Assembly (NCBI GenBank): GCA_965216565.1
Contig: OZ244170.1
Span: 480,001 to 544,000 of the forward strand
DNA: 64,000 nt
Direction: 5' to 3'
Source: Bythopirellula sp.
GTDB taxonomy: Bacteria > Planctomycetota > Planctomycetia > Pirellulales > Lacipirellulaceae
The notes beneath the pieces were generated by a model. That model did not search any database. It worked only from the letters and a program-made list of their open reading frames with translations, and was not told the DNA's origin. The translations under genes and the position numbers were made by a program. This document shows, piece by piece, positions 29,385 to 38,757 of the stretch; position 1 is the first letter of the stretch, and each line of letters begins with the position of its first letter.

Positions 29385-30851
29385 ATGAGAAGCAGTGAGA
29401 ACAAAAAAACAAAACGACAGCATTTGACCGTACGAACTCAACTATTGTTGGCAGTTAATTTGCCACTAACGTTGCTCTTAGCTGTTTTTCTTGTTTACGA
29501 CTACCGCCGCGAGATTTATGAGCGTTTGGAATACAAAAGCATTGCACTAGAGGAAGAAGCAAAGACATTGCTTCCCGCTGTTCGCCAGTTCCATCGTGGC
29601 GACGTCTCTGGAATCCAGCGTTTTATCGACAATGTCTGCGGACAAATGAAGACCACGGATTCACCCGGACACCATATCGCAGTTCAACTTCCAAGCAGAA
29701 TAATACAGGCAACTTCCCATGGACTAGCATCGCCAGAGATGTTTGCTGCAATTCGAAACGCTGCAGAATCACCTCATGACCGCAATCCGCATGAAAATGC
29801 GGCTTTAATCGTTGGTATGGCTAAAAGCAAGGGAATAAATGTGTACGTGGCTGAGTCATTACTTGATGTGCAGGAATCCATTCGCGCTGCATCATTAAGG
29901 CGATTGACAGGACTTGTCATTGCGTTTCTCGCGGCAGCCATTCTCGTCAACTTCGTGCTAGTGCGCACTGTGACGAATCCCATCAATCAACTGGTGACAA
30001 CAGTCCAACGAATCGGCAAAGGTCAGCTTGGGGTCCTGTCAGAATCGTTCGGGAGTTCTGAATTAGACTATCTCTCAAGTGAGATCGATGCCATGAGCTT
30101 ATCGCTGGCAGCAGCTGAGCGAGATCGCAAAACACAAATGGCTAAGGCACGTGAAATTCAATACTCTTTACTCCCAGGAGAGTTGCAGATTCCAGGACTT
30201 CATGTTTCTCGTCTCTTTGAGCCCGCTGAAGATGTTGGTGGAGATTTCTACGATATATTGCCTATGCAAGACGACTCGTGGCTTATCTGCATTGCCGATG
30301 TTACAGGTCATGGAATTCCCGCCGCTATGAGTGCGGCAATGTTAAAGACGTTATTGTTGCAAGCAGTGGAGACTCACGTCACACCAGCGGAATTGCTCGA
30401 TGTCATCAATCGGCGCTTTGTTGCGGTTAGCCTTGATGGCGACTTTGTGTCAATGATCCTTCTGCGGATCAAGCCACAGTCAGACCATCTTCAATACGCC
30501 AGTGCAGGACACGAGCCTGGGTGGATCATTTCCACCAATGGAAAATTGCGAGAGCTATCATCAACAGGCCTACTGCTAGGGATCGACGAAGAAGCTGCCT
30601 GGGAGCAGGTGGTCGTCGAGACAGCCTTAGGCGACCGGCTTGCAATAATGACTGACGGACTAAGCGAGACCCTTAGTCCCGAAGATGAAATGTTTGGTCG
30701 AAAGCGACTTATCGGACTATTTGAGCAAACCCGAGAGTCATCGCTAGAACAATCTGTATCAGTGCTCAGAGAAGCTCTTCGAGATTTTCGCGGTGACACA
30801 CCACAGCTTGACGACATAACTGCTGTACTACTTGAATTCAAAGAAAGTTGA
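29385..30851 (+). CDS. Membrane PP2C/SpoIIE-family phosphatase with a HAMP domain
   Basis: Two TMs, HAMP, VGGDFYD, IADVTGHG, SAGHEP, TDGLSE, DDIT. Confidence 0.9.
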   Translation: MRSSENKKTKRQHLTVRTQLLLAVNLPLTLLLAVFLVYDYRREIYERLEYKSIALEEEAKTLLPAVRQFHRGDVSGIQRFIDNVCGQMKTTDSPGHHIAVQLPSRIIQATSHGLASPEMFAAIRNAAESPHDRNPHENAALIVGMAKSKGINVYVAESLLDVQESIRAASLRRLTGLVIAFLAAAILVNFVLVRTVTNPINQLVTTVQRIGKGQLGVLSESFGSSELDYLSSEIDAMSLSLAAAERDRKTQMAKAREIQYSLLPGELQIPGLHVSRLFEPAEDVGGDFYDILPMQDDSWLICIADVTGHGIPAAMSAAMLKTLLLQAVETHVTPAELLDVINRRFVAVSLDGDFVSMILLRIKPQSDHLQYASAGHEPGWIISTNGKLRELSSTGLLLGIDEEAAWEQVVVETALGDRLAIMTDGLSETLSPEDEMFGRKRLIGLFEQTRESSLEQSVSVLREALRDFRGDTPQLDDITAVLLEFKES

Positions 30852-31055
30852 TCAAAAATTATATGGCATCGAGGATTGAGGGTGGATAACTTTATCAGAA
30901 AGCACCATCTAGTACGTTGCCATAGGCTCGAGTTGGAGCTGATGGCCCAAATTTGCTGCCACAGCAAATATTGTTGACGTGTATTCCACGATGAATCAAA
31001 ATAGTGGGTTGCTGTGCGACATCTGTGTCCAATCGCCATCAAGCAGGAAGATCGC

Positions 31056-32051
31056 ATGAACAATTGTTACTGCAATATTGTCCTGTTGCTTGTCTTTGCC
31101 GTGGCGCCCGCGCCCGTAGCACTCGCGTTTAATGTCTTTCCCTACCTCTCTGGCGAGGGAGAGACCATCTATCAGAAATGGGGCGACCCCAATGCAAGTA
31201 CTCCAGGTGGGGTGATTGAGTGGAGCATTATTCCGGATGGAACGGGTGTCCTGCCGACTTACCCAGATGCGAACTTAACCGGGACAAGTCAAATGGAATC
31301 GATCATGAATGGATTGGGGTATAACGAAGCGTTCGCGGCCATCGAACGCGCGCTCGATCAGTGGTCTTCAGTAGCAAACATCGATTTTGTGCATGTCACT
31401 GATTCGGGGTTACCTCTCGACGATCCAGCGGCGAACCCTCCAGCCTCGGGAAGAATACGTATTGGGGCTTATCCAATTGATGCTGGCATCGGTGCTGAAG
31501 CCTGGGCGCCCTGGCCGTTCGCTGGAACGTACGAAGGAGATGTTCTTTTCAACGCCAATAATACGTTCTACTTTTCGCCGGGCAATGAAGGAGATCTGAT
31601 TCCCATTTTCAATGACTTTGAAAGCCTCATGCTACATGAGTTGGGGCACGCAATTGGATTGGCCCATTCCGATGTTTGCTCTGTGATGTCAGTCGATTTT
31701 GAGTGCTTTAAGTTCATCAATCGTCAACTCGACCCAGACGACATTGCAGGCGCACAATTCCTCTACGGTCCGGCAATCCAAGCAGCCGACTTCGACGAGG
31801 ATGGTGACGTGGACGGCAGTGACCTTGCGAAGTGGGAAACGGGATACGGCATGGCCAGTGGTGCAGCACATATGGACGGCGACGCCGATGAAGACCTTGA
31901 TGTCGACGGCTTAGATTTTCTCATATGGCAACGGCAGTTCACCGGTGATCTTTCACTACCAGCCTCGACCGCTGTCCCTGAGCCGTCAAGCGCAATATTG
32001 CTGATGGGACTAGCAGCCATGCGTGTTCTATTTGGCAGCCGACTAGCGTAG
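31056..32051 (+). CDS. Matrixin (M10)-like metalloprotease with dockerin-like repeats and PEP-CTERM
   Basis: HELGHAIGLAH plus Met-turn SVM; ADFDEDGDVDGSDL and GDADEDLDVDGLDF; VPEPSS followed by a TM. Confidence 0.88.
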   Translation: MNNCYCNIVLLLVFAVAPAPVALAFNVFPYLSGEGETIYQKWGDPNASTPGGVIEWSIIPDGTGVLPTYPDANLTGTSQMESIMNGLGYNEAFAAIERALDQWSSVANIDFVHVTDSGLPLDDPAANPPASGRIRIGAYPIDAGIGAEAWAPWPFAGTYEGDVLFNANNTFYFSPGNEGDLIPIFNDFESLMLHELGHAIGLAHSDVCSVMSVDFECFKFINRQLDPDDIAGAQFLYGPAIQAADFDEDGDVDGSDLAKWETGYGMASGAAHMDGDADEDLDVDGLDFLIWQRQFTGDLSLPASTAVPEPSSAILLMGLAAMRVLFGSRLA

Positions 32052-32067
32052 ATATATACCCTTTGGG

Positions 32068-32334
32068 TTACTCGTCGGACATTTCCGTTGCTGCATCACT
32101 GTTTACTCTGAGCGTTTCAGGTTCAAAGCGTGTCGGCCTTGCTACCATGTACTTTGACGCAGCGCAAGAATGGCACATACAGTCTTTATATTGACAATGA
32201 GGCAGCGGACACGGTGGGCAATATCTGCAATTGACGCGGCAGCCTGAGTAGCAGTGGTACGCCGGTGCGCAGCCACCTAGAAGTAACAAGACTATCAATC
32301 CAAGTGAGCGCAATTGCGCTCTTGGGCTTTTCAT
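32068..32334 (-). CDS. Small Cys-rich lipoprotein
   Basis: Lipobox LGGC, then a dense Cys cluster (HCYSGCRVNCRYCPPCPLPHCQYKDCMCHSC). Confidence 0.65.
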   Translation of the reverse strand: MKSPRAQLRSLGLIVLLLLGGCAPAYHCYSGCRVNCRYCPPCPLPHCQYKDCMCHSCAASKYMVARPTRFEPETLRVNSDAATEMSDE

Positions 32335-32397
32335 GGTGAACCCCCTGGGTCGCGGGATCTATTGGGTGGTGGGTTTTCTTAGGCGGGAAGGTATTAA

Positions 32398-33840
32398 TTA
32401 GTTGTCGTTAGTATCTTGTGGTGGAAGCGACTCTGGCTCCACAACGGGTGTAGGAATCAGTTCGGGCACCACTGCTACCGTGAAGCCGCCGACTACGCGT
32501 TCCAACTCAGCCAATGTCTGCCGCAAGGAGGCTTCCAGCCGATGGTAGTTAATTTCATATCTCAGCAGTTGTCGCCAGTTATCGATGAGTTGCAAGAAAT
32601 CGATTTCTCCAACGTTGTAGGCTTGATTCGAGACTTCCAATGTTTGGCGTGCTTTAGGCAGAATATCTTCACGGAATAGAACCAATAGATCTTCCTGGCT
32701 GCGTGCTTGGGCGAATAAGTCCGTCACTTCTTCAAGTGTTCCGTCACGCAATACATCGTATTCACGGGTTGTCGAAACAACCTTCGCCTCGGCGGAACGA
32801 ATGGAGGAGTCTAGTCGCTTACGGTAAACTGGTAGGTTGACGCCAGCACTTAAAAGAAATGAATCACGACCGTTTGTGACCGCACTGATACCGGTGTCCG
32901 CTACGTCAATCCAAGACAGTCCCAGTGTTACATCCGGTTTGTAGTCGAGTCGCGCTAAGTTAACTGCGCTGCGATCTCGTCGTACCGCTGCCAATTGAGC
33001 ATGGAGTTCTGGCCGGGCAGCCACAGCCTGTTGCTGTAACAATTCTAAATCGCGAGGTGCCTGTTCTATAGGCAGATTAGCTAGAGCAGCAACCTGGGTC
33101 TGAGGAGCAATGTGGAGCAGACGAGCCAGTCGAGCTTGGCCACTCGCAAGTTGCTGTCGTAATTGAATCAATTCGTTTTCGACATTGGAAACCTCCAGAT
33201 CGGCTCGTAGCACGTCTTGCTGGCTCGTCCTTCCAGCTTTATATCGCGTATTGGCAACTTCGCGGATCTCAACGAGCAATCGCTGATCGGCCTCGGTGAC
33301 GGAGATCGCTTGCTGAATAAAATAGAGCTCGTAGTACGCTCGTTTTACCTGGGCTACCGTCGCTAATTCAACTGCTGCTAACTGGGCTCGCCCTACATTA
33401 GTCTGCGCCTCCGCTACACTGGCACGTGTGTCAAGTTTGCCAAACAGAAGAAACTTTTGGTTAGCGGCCACAATCACTTCCTGCTGTCCTGCTGCGGTTT
33501 GAACCTGCTCTGGCTGAGCGGTCACGTTGAGCATCGGATCGGGTAAACTCGCAGCCACCGGAACTTGGTGCGCAAAGGCTTCCATCTTCTTACGAGCTGC
33601 TTGAATTGCCGGGTTTTGCGACAAGGCCACCTGGATGTACTGGTCGACCGGATGGGGACCGGCCAGATCAGGGAATACGGGAGCAGTCGACACAACCGTG
33701 GACTGCGGGCCGCACCAAGCTGCTTGCACAGCTTGAGATACCTGAGCATATTCAGGGTCACGAATTTGTCGCGAAGTGCGACAGCCGCTAATGAATGCTG
33801 CGGCTACTACAAGAGTTATTAGTATTGGTCGATTGGCCAT
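32398..33840 (-). CDS. TolC-family outer membrane efflux lipoprotein
   Basis: Lipobox ISGC; ALSQNPAIQAAR, LPDPML, VKRAYYELY, YNVGEIDFLQLID. Confidence 0.9.
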   Translation of the reverse strand: MANRPILITLVVAAAFISGCRTSRQIRDPEYAQVSQAVQAAWCGPQSTVVSTAPVFPDLAGPHPVDQYIQVALSQNPAIQAARKKMEAFAHQVPVAASLPDPMLNVTAQPEQVQTAAGQQEVIVAANQKFLLFGKLDTRASVAEAQTNVGRAQLAAVELATVAQVKRAYYELYFIQQAISVTEADQRLLVEIREVANTRYKAGRTSQQDVLRADLEVSNVENELIQLRQQLASGQARLARLLHIAPQTQVAALANLPIEQAPRDLELLQQQAVAARPELHAQLAAVRRDRSAVNLARLDYKPDVTLGLSWIDVADTGISAVTNGRDSFLLSAGVNLPVYRKRLDSSIRSAEAKVVSTTREYDVLRDGTLEEVTDLFAQARSQEDLLVLFREDILPKARQTLEVSNQAYNVGEIDFLQLIDNWRQLLRYEINYHRLEASLRQTLAELERVVGGFTVAVVPELIPTPVVEPESLPPQDTNDN

Positions 33841-34053
33841 CCGTGGCCTCCCCCGACTGAGTATATGTATAGAACATCGCCTATTTTATCGGCACAATCC
33901 CATGCAGTAGAACACTCCGCACGGCCGGAACTCTCGCTAAAAACGACATTATGGGTAGTGCCTGTGACAGTTGTTCCAATTAGGTAATCTTCGCATTCGC
34001 CAATCGTGAAGGCAACTCACAACGCAATACGCTAGTCGGTTGAAACTTGCGAA

Positions 34054-34353
34054 TCAGTGAGAGCAGCATCCCGACGTGCATCCAGAAGATGAATCGCTAG
34101 ATGTTGGTGAATAATCCAGCGGTTTATAAGAAGTTGAATCAGCAGATGAAGGATACGAAACAGCAGCAGTGGTTTGTGCAACTTGATCCGACAGAACGGG
34201 GCCTGTACTCGAATGCTGCTCTCCGGACGCAACGGTTGTTGCAGACGGTCCGGGCGAAACATTGGAGAAAGCAAACTTATTGCTACGACATCCGGGCATC
34301 AACGCTACCGAAAGGGCAAACAACAGAAAAAAGCGAAATCCTATTCGTGACAT
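34054..34353 (-). CDS. Small lipoprotein with a C-terminal Cys cluster
   Basis: Signal ending MPGC; Ser/Thr-rich linker; ends GCTSGCCSH. Confidence 0.6.
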   Translation of the reverse strand: MSRIGFRFFLLFALSVALMPGCRSNKFAFSNVSPGPSATTVASGEQHSSTGPVLSDQVAQTTAAVSYPSSADSTSYKPLDYSPTSSDSSSGCTSGCCSH

Positions 34354-34525
34354 TTTCTTTCGTCCTTGAAAGTGTTTTAGCCCACAGCATGCTCACACAA
34401 TGAGAGTATTGACGTTAGGCCCTGATTGGTTGTGGTTACTTTTTACGTTGAGACAATGAAGCAAGCTAACTCTCCAATAAACGAGCTATTTGGATAAAGT
34501 TTTTCGAGTCTGTTTTCGAAGCGGT

Positions 34526-34565
34526 CTGGGCAACTCGATACCACCAGGTACGTCGAGTTGCCCAG
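34526..34565. terminator. Strong stem-loop downstream of 34601..35146
   Basis: CTGGGCAACTCGA...TCGAGTTGCCCAG perfect 13-bp inverted repeat; no clear U-tract. Confidence 0.45.
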
Positions 34566-34600
34566 GCCCCAAGTGACTTCGTTGGATCACACGCCTTTGC

Positions 34601-35146
34601 TCAACGAATCTTCTTGTTCTTCTTCTTGGCATCCAGTGAAGCTGCAAAAAGCTGGTCGACTTCACGCAAGTACGTTACCGGGTCAGCGTTAATCTTTTTC
34701 GTGCACGGTGGACAGCAAACGTAGACAATTTGGCCTTCAACAATCGTCCATTTGGGCTTCTTGGGTAGCTTGTGCTTCATCACAGGGCAAATACCCTGAG
34801 CCCTGGCAAAATTAGCATGAATCGTTCCCCAGTGCTCTGGTTTGATCTTCTGCTTCAGACAACCTTTGCAACACATAAAGATATTCTCTTCGCCTACCTT
34901 CACTTTTATGGGGGCACCCATGGAACCCAGCTTCCCACCCGACACAGGACAAATCTCCTGGACGGCGGCTCGCAATTGGTCGCGTTTTTGTTGTTCTTTC
35001 GCGCGCTCTTCAGGCGTCTGTTGAGCTGCTGAAGGCACTTGACTCTGTTGTTGTGATTGCCCTCCTTCCACAAGTGCTTGGCCAGTTGCCAATTGGGCAG
35101 TACTTAACATCACAGCAATCGCAACAATCGTTTTCGTGAACTTCAT
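34601..35146 (-). CDS. Exported protein with two YHS/TRASH-like Cys domains
   Basis: Signal peptide; CPVSGGKLGSMGAPIKV...MCCKGC and CPVMKHKL...VCCPPC. Confidence 0.8.
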   Translation of the reverse strand: MKFTKTIVAIAVMLSTAQLATGQALVEGGQSQQQSQVPSAAQQTPEERAKEQQKRDQLRAAVQEICPVSGGKLGSMGAPIKVKVGEENIFMCCKGCLKQKIKPEHWGTIHANFARAQGICPVMKHKLPKKPKWTIVEGQIVYVCCPPCTKKINADPVTYLREVDQLFAASLDAKKKNKKIR

Positions 35147-35241
35147 TTCATTTCCCTTTCAAATCGAAGTGAGCTGGCAATTCCGTTGCCACGCAATCCC
35201 AATAGTGACAACCACGCGGTTGCCCAATTCATGTCTTCCAT

Positions 35242-38200
35242 TTAAGCCGCGGGCGTTACGGCTGATTCTTTAGTCCTCTCCGTCGGTACGTGTTCACCTC
35301 CTTCCGCCCAGTATTCATCTTGCAATCCAGCACGCATCTTGAACTCCACGTAAGCTGAGTACAGCGTCGGTACGATAAAAGTTGTAAAAGGCTCAATAAG
35401 CATCCCACCAAAGATCGGCAGCGCCATGGCCCGCGCGACATCGGCTCCCCGACCAGTTGAAATCAGTACCGGTACGAGTGCCACGATGGTGGTAATCGTA
35501 GTCATCATGCAGGGCCGAATACGTTTCAGGCCCGCTTCATAGATCGCGTCACGTACATCTTCGACGTTACGAATCGTCCGGCGATTGAGTGTCTCCCGCA
35601 TGTAGGTTGCCATGACGATGCCATCATCAGCCGCCAATCCAAACAGTGCAATAAAACCGACCCACATCGCCGTGTTCATTTCCACACCCATCACGGCCAC
35701 CGCAATCATGCCTCCCGCAGCAGCCACGGGAATGCCGGAAAAGACCACAAGCGAAATCGGGAAGTTTCGGAAATGAAGATAGTGCAATAACAAGTTGATC
35801 AAAATGACCATCGGCACGATCCACATCAGACGTTGGTTTGCTTCGATCTGATTCTGGAACGACCCAACGGCTTGCAGTTCAAAGTTTCCTTCAGGAAACT
35901 TCAGCTCACCGCTCTCTCGTGCAGCACGTAGTGAAGCCATCACGGCTTCTACTGTTTCCAAATCCCCTACGCCTCCAGCAGGAGAGAACGACACATGAGC
36001 TACCAGTCGAGCATCTTCACTGTTGATTGCACCTGGCCCCCAAGTCATTTTAACACTAGCCAAGCGTTCCAGCGGCACCACTTCACCTGTGGGGGCGACG
36101 ACTGAAACTTTATGCAACTCGTCAACCTCTTCACGGACATTCCGTTGATAGCGAATCTGAATGGGATATCGCTCACGCCCTTCCACAGTCGAGGTGACGT
36201 CAACACCACCTAAGCCAGCGGAGACCAGTTGGTTGACCATCATGGTAGTCATCCCATACCGGGCCGATTCTTCGCGATCGACCTCAAACTCGTAGTAAGG
36301 CTTCCCCATCACGATATCTGGATTCACGGTACCCGAGTTCACGTAGTGATGCTTTTTCAGTTGTTCTGCAACTGCGAGTGCCGCTTCACCAAGACCTTCA
36401 AGGCTGTCTCCATAGATCCTGACAGCCATGGATGCTTTAATTCCGCTCTGCAACATAACCACGCGACCTTCAATCGGCTGAAGGGCCGAAGCGGGTGTAA
36501 TCCCCGGCAATGTGGCGACGGCGTTAATCTCGTCCCAGATGTCACGCTCGGAAACTCCCTCACGCCACTGATCTCTCGGTTTGAGCATCACATAGGTTTC
36601 GATCATGGCAGCAGGAGCAGGATCAAGCGCCGACTCTACCCGCCCGATTTTTCCCAGCACCTCCGATACCTCCGGAATTTCCTTGATCATTACGTCCTGA
36701 GTTTGCAGCACTTCCATGGCCTGTGAGAAACTGGCCGCCGGAAATAGGCTCGGCATGTAGAACCAGCTCCCTTCGTCGAGTGCGATCCAGTCGTCCGACT
36801 TCAAGCCAGTAAAGACGTGCTTGGCGTCGACATAACCCGGCACATTGTTCAGGTCAGCCCCCAGCATAGAGAACACCTTCTCGACCGGTTGCAGCACCGT
36901 GGGAAGGCCAATCCAAGCGCCTAGCCCAAGGATGAAAATCATTGCAGGGAAGGAGAGCATCAGGGCTTTTCGCCTCAAGGCTAAGCGAAGCCTTCCCGCA
37001 TACAGCCACAATACAAAACGGCTTACCGGATTCTCTTCCATGGGGCGAATCTTCTCTCGTGTCATCCACCAACCGACGAATAACCCGATGGCTCCGGCCA
37101 GGAACGTAGCGAAATGCGGGTTCAGTGAAGTGAGTCGCTCAATCTCAACTCCCCAGACAAAATAACACAACCCGGCACCTAGACTGGCCAACGCGACTCC
37201 CGCGATGAGACTCGTCCATTTTTTTGGAAGTGAAGTTCGCAGAAAAATACGGCACAGCACGGGAACAATAGTCACGGCCACGATCAAGCTGGCGGCTAGA
37301 GCGAACGTCTTTGTCCAAGCCAGTGGCGTAAACAGTCGATGGTCGCGGCCGGTCAAAAAGAACACGGGTAAAAAGCTGACAATGGTTGTGGTTACGGCCG
37401 TAATTACCGCTGGCACGACCTCGCTTGCCGAGTTGCTAATGACCTGTAGCCGCTTAGTCTCACCGCCAGGCGATCCCTTAGCCTCCCAGCTGGCAAGTCC
37501 ACCGTAGATGTTTTCCAGCACAATGATTCCCATATCGACCATGGTGCCGATGGCAATCGCAATCCCAGCCAGTGACATGATGTTAGCATCCACGCCGAAC
37601 ATTTTCATGGCGATGAATGACATGAGCACGGCCATAGGTAGCGTGATGGCGATAACAATGCTCGCGCGAACATGTAGCAGGAAAAGAACCATCACAACGA
37701 TGGTGATCGCGATTTCGTGCTGCAGTGCGTGCGTCAGTGTGGCAACTGTTTCGTCGATTAGCTCCGTACGGTCGTAAACACCGTGAATTTTGATGCCGTC
37801 CAGTTCAGACTCTAGGGCAGTGACCTTCTCTTTGATGCGTTCGGCCACGTCGCGGGGATTTTCCCCGTAGCGCATTACCACCACACCACCCACTGCCTCT
37901 TGGCCGTTGTAGTCCAATGCACCCCGGCGAAATGCTGGTCCGGTTTGCACTTGGGCGACGTCGCGCACTCGAACCGGCACTCCCTCACGCGTTAGCACGA
38001 CCGTGTTCTCTATTTGCTGGATCGTTTCGGCTTCGGTTTTTCCCGACCCGATAAATCCCATACCGCGAACGATGAACTCCATACCGCTCGTTTCAACGGT
38101 CTTAGCACCGACGTCGATATTCGACTCTTTAACAGCTTTGATCACCTTACTGAGCGGAATGTTGTGGTAGCGCAGGGCATCGGGGTCGACTTCAATTTGA

Positions 38201-38757
38201 TATTGCCGCACGTAGCCGCCAATCGACGCTACTTCGGCCACGCCATCGACTGATTGGAGCGAATATTTGATGAAGAAGTCCTGCTTAGAACGCAGCTCAG
38301 CCAAGTCCATTCCTGGCGGCGGTTGGAGCACATAGTAGTAAATCTGCCCCAGGGCCGTCGCATCAGGTGCAAGTCTTGGCGTCACACCCTCGGGCAGCGT
38401 CCCCGCAACGGTCGTTAATTGTTCGGCTACTCGTGAACGAGCCCAATAGAAGTCGACGCCGTCGTCAAAAGTGACTTGCACAAAGCTGAAGCCAAACATG
38501 CTTTTGCCGCGCACGCTCTCTGCTCCAGGGACGGCCTGTAAGGCCACCGACAAGGGGTACGTGATTTGATCTTCCATGTCCTTGGGAGATCGTCCGATCC
38601 ACTCGGTGAGCACGATTACTTGGTTCTCACCCACGTTTGGAATGGCATCGAGCGGCACTTTCTTGGTGGCGTACCAACCGTAAGCCACGATCACGACGGC
38701 GGCAATGAGCACTACCAATCGTTCACGAAGACAGAAGTCCAACAGTCCTTTGATCAT
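35242..38757 (-). CDS. cusA: CusA/SilA-type heavy-metal RND efflux permease (copy 2)
   Basis: DAIPNVGENQVIV, GIAIAIGTMVD, LDEGSWFYMP, RIRPCMMT. Confidence 0.92.
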   Translation of the reverse strand: MIKGLLDFCLRERLVVLIAAVVIVAYGWYATKKVPLDAIPNVGENQVIVLTEWIGRSPKDMEDQITYPLSVALQAVPGAESVRGKSMFGFSFVQVTFDDGVDFYWARSRVAEQLTTVAGTLPEGVTPRLAPDATALGQIYYYVLQPPPGMDLAELRSKQDFFIKYSLQSVDGVAEVASIGGYVRQYQIEVDPDALRYHNIPLSKVIKAVKESNIDVGAKTVETSGMEFIVRGMGFIGSGKTEAETIQQIENTVVLTREGVPVRVRDVAQVQTGPAFRRGALDYNGQEAVGGVVVMRYGENPRDVAERIKEKVTALESELDGIKIHGVYDRTELIDETVATLTHALQHEIAITIVVMVLFLLHVRASIVIAITLPMAVLMSFIAMKMFGVDANIMSLAGIAIAIGTMVDMGIIVLENIYGGLASWEAKGSPGGETKRLQVISNSASEVVPAVITAVTTTIVSFLPVFFLTGRDHRLFTPLAWTKTFALAASLIVAVTIVPVLCRIFLRTSLPKKWTSLIAGVALASLGAGLCYFVWGVEIERLTSLNPHFATFLAGAIGLFVGWWMTREKIRPMEENPVSRFVLWLYAGRLRLALRRKALMLSFPAMIFILGLGAWIGLPTVLQPVEKVFSMLGADLNNVPGYVDAKHVFTGLKSDDWIALDEGSWFYMPSLFPAASFSQAMEVLQTQDVMIKEIPEVSEVLGKIGRVESALDPAPAAMIETYVMLKPRDQWREGVSERDIWDEINAVATLPGITPASALQPIEGRVVMLQSGIKASMAVRIYGDSLEGLGEAALAVAEQLKKHHYVNSGTVNPDIVMGKPYYEFEVDREESARYGMTTMMVNQLVSAGLGGVDVTSTVEGRERYPIQIRYQRNVREEVDELHKVSVVAPTGEVVPLERLASVKMTWGPGAINSEDARLVAHVSFSPAGGVGDLETVEAVMASLRAARESGELKFPEGNFELQAVGSFQNQIEANQRLMWIVPMVILINLLLHYLHFRNFPISLVVFSGIPVAAAGGMIAVAVMGVEMNTAMWVGFIALFGLAADDGIVMATYMRETLNRRTIRNVEDVRDAIYEAGLKRIRPCMMTTITTIVALVPVLISTGRGADVARAMALPIFGGMLIEPFTTFIVPTLYSAYVEFKMRAGLQDEYWAEGGEHVPTERTKESAVTPAA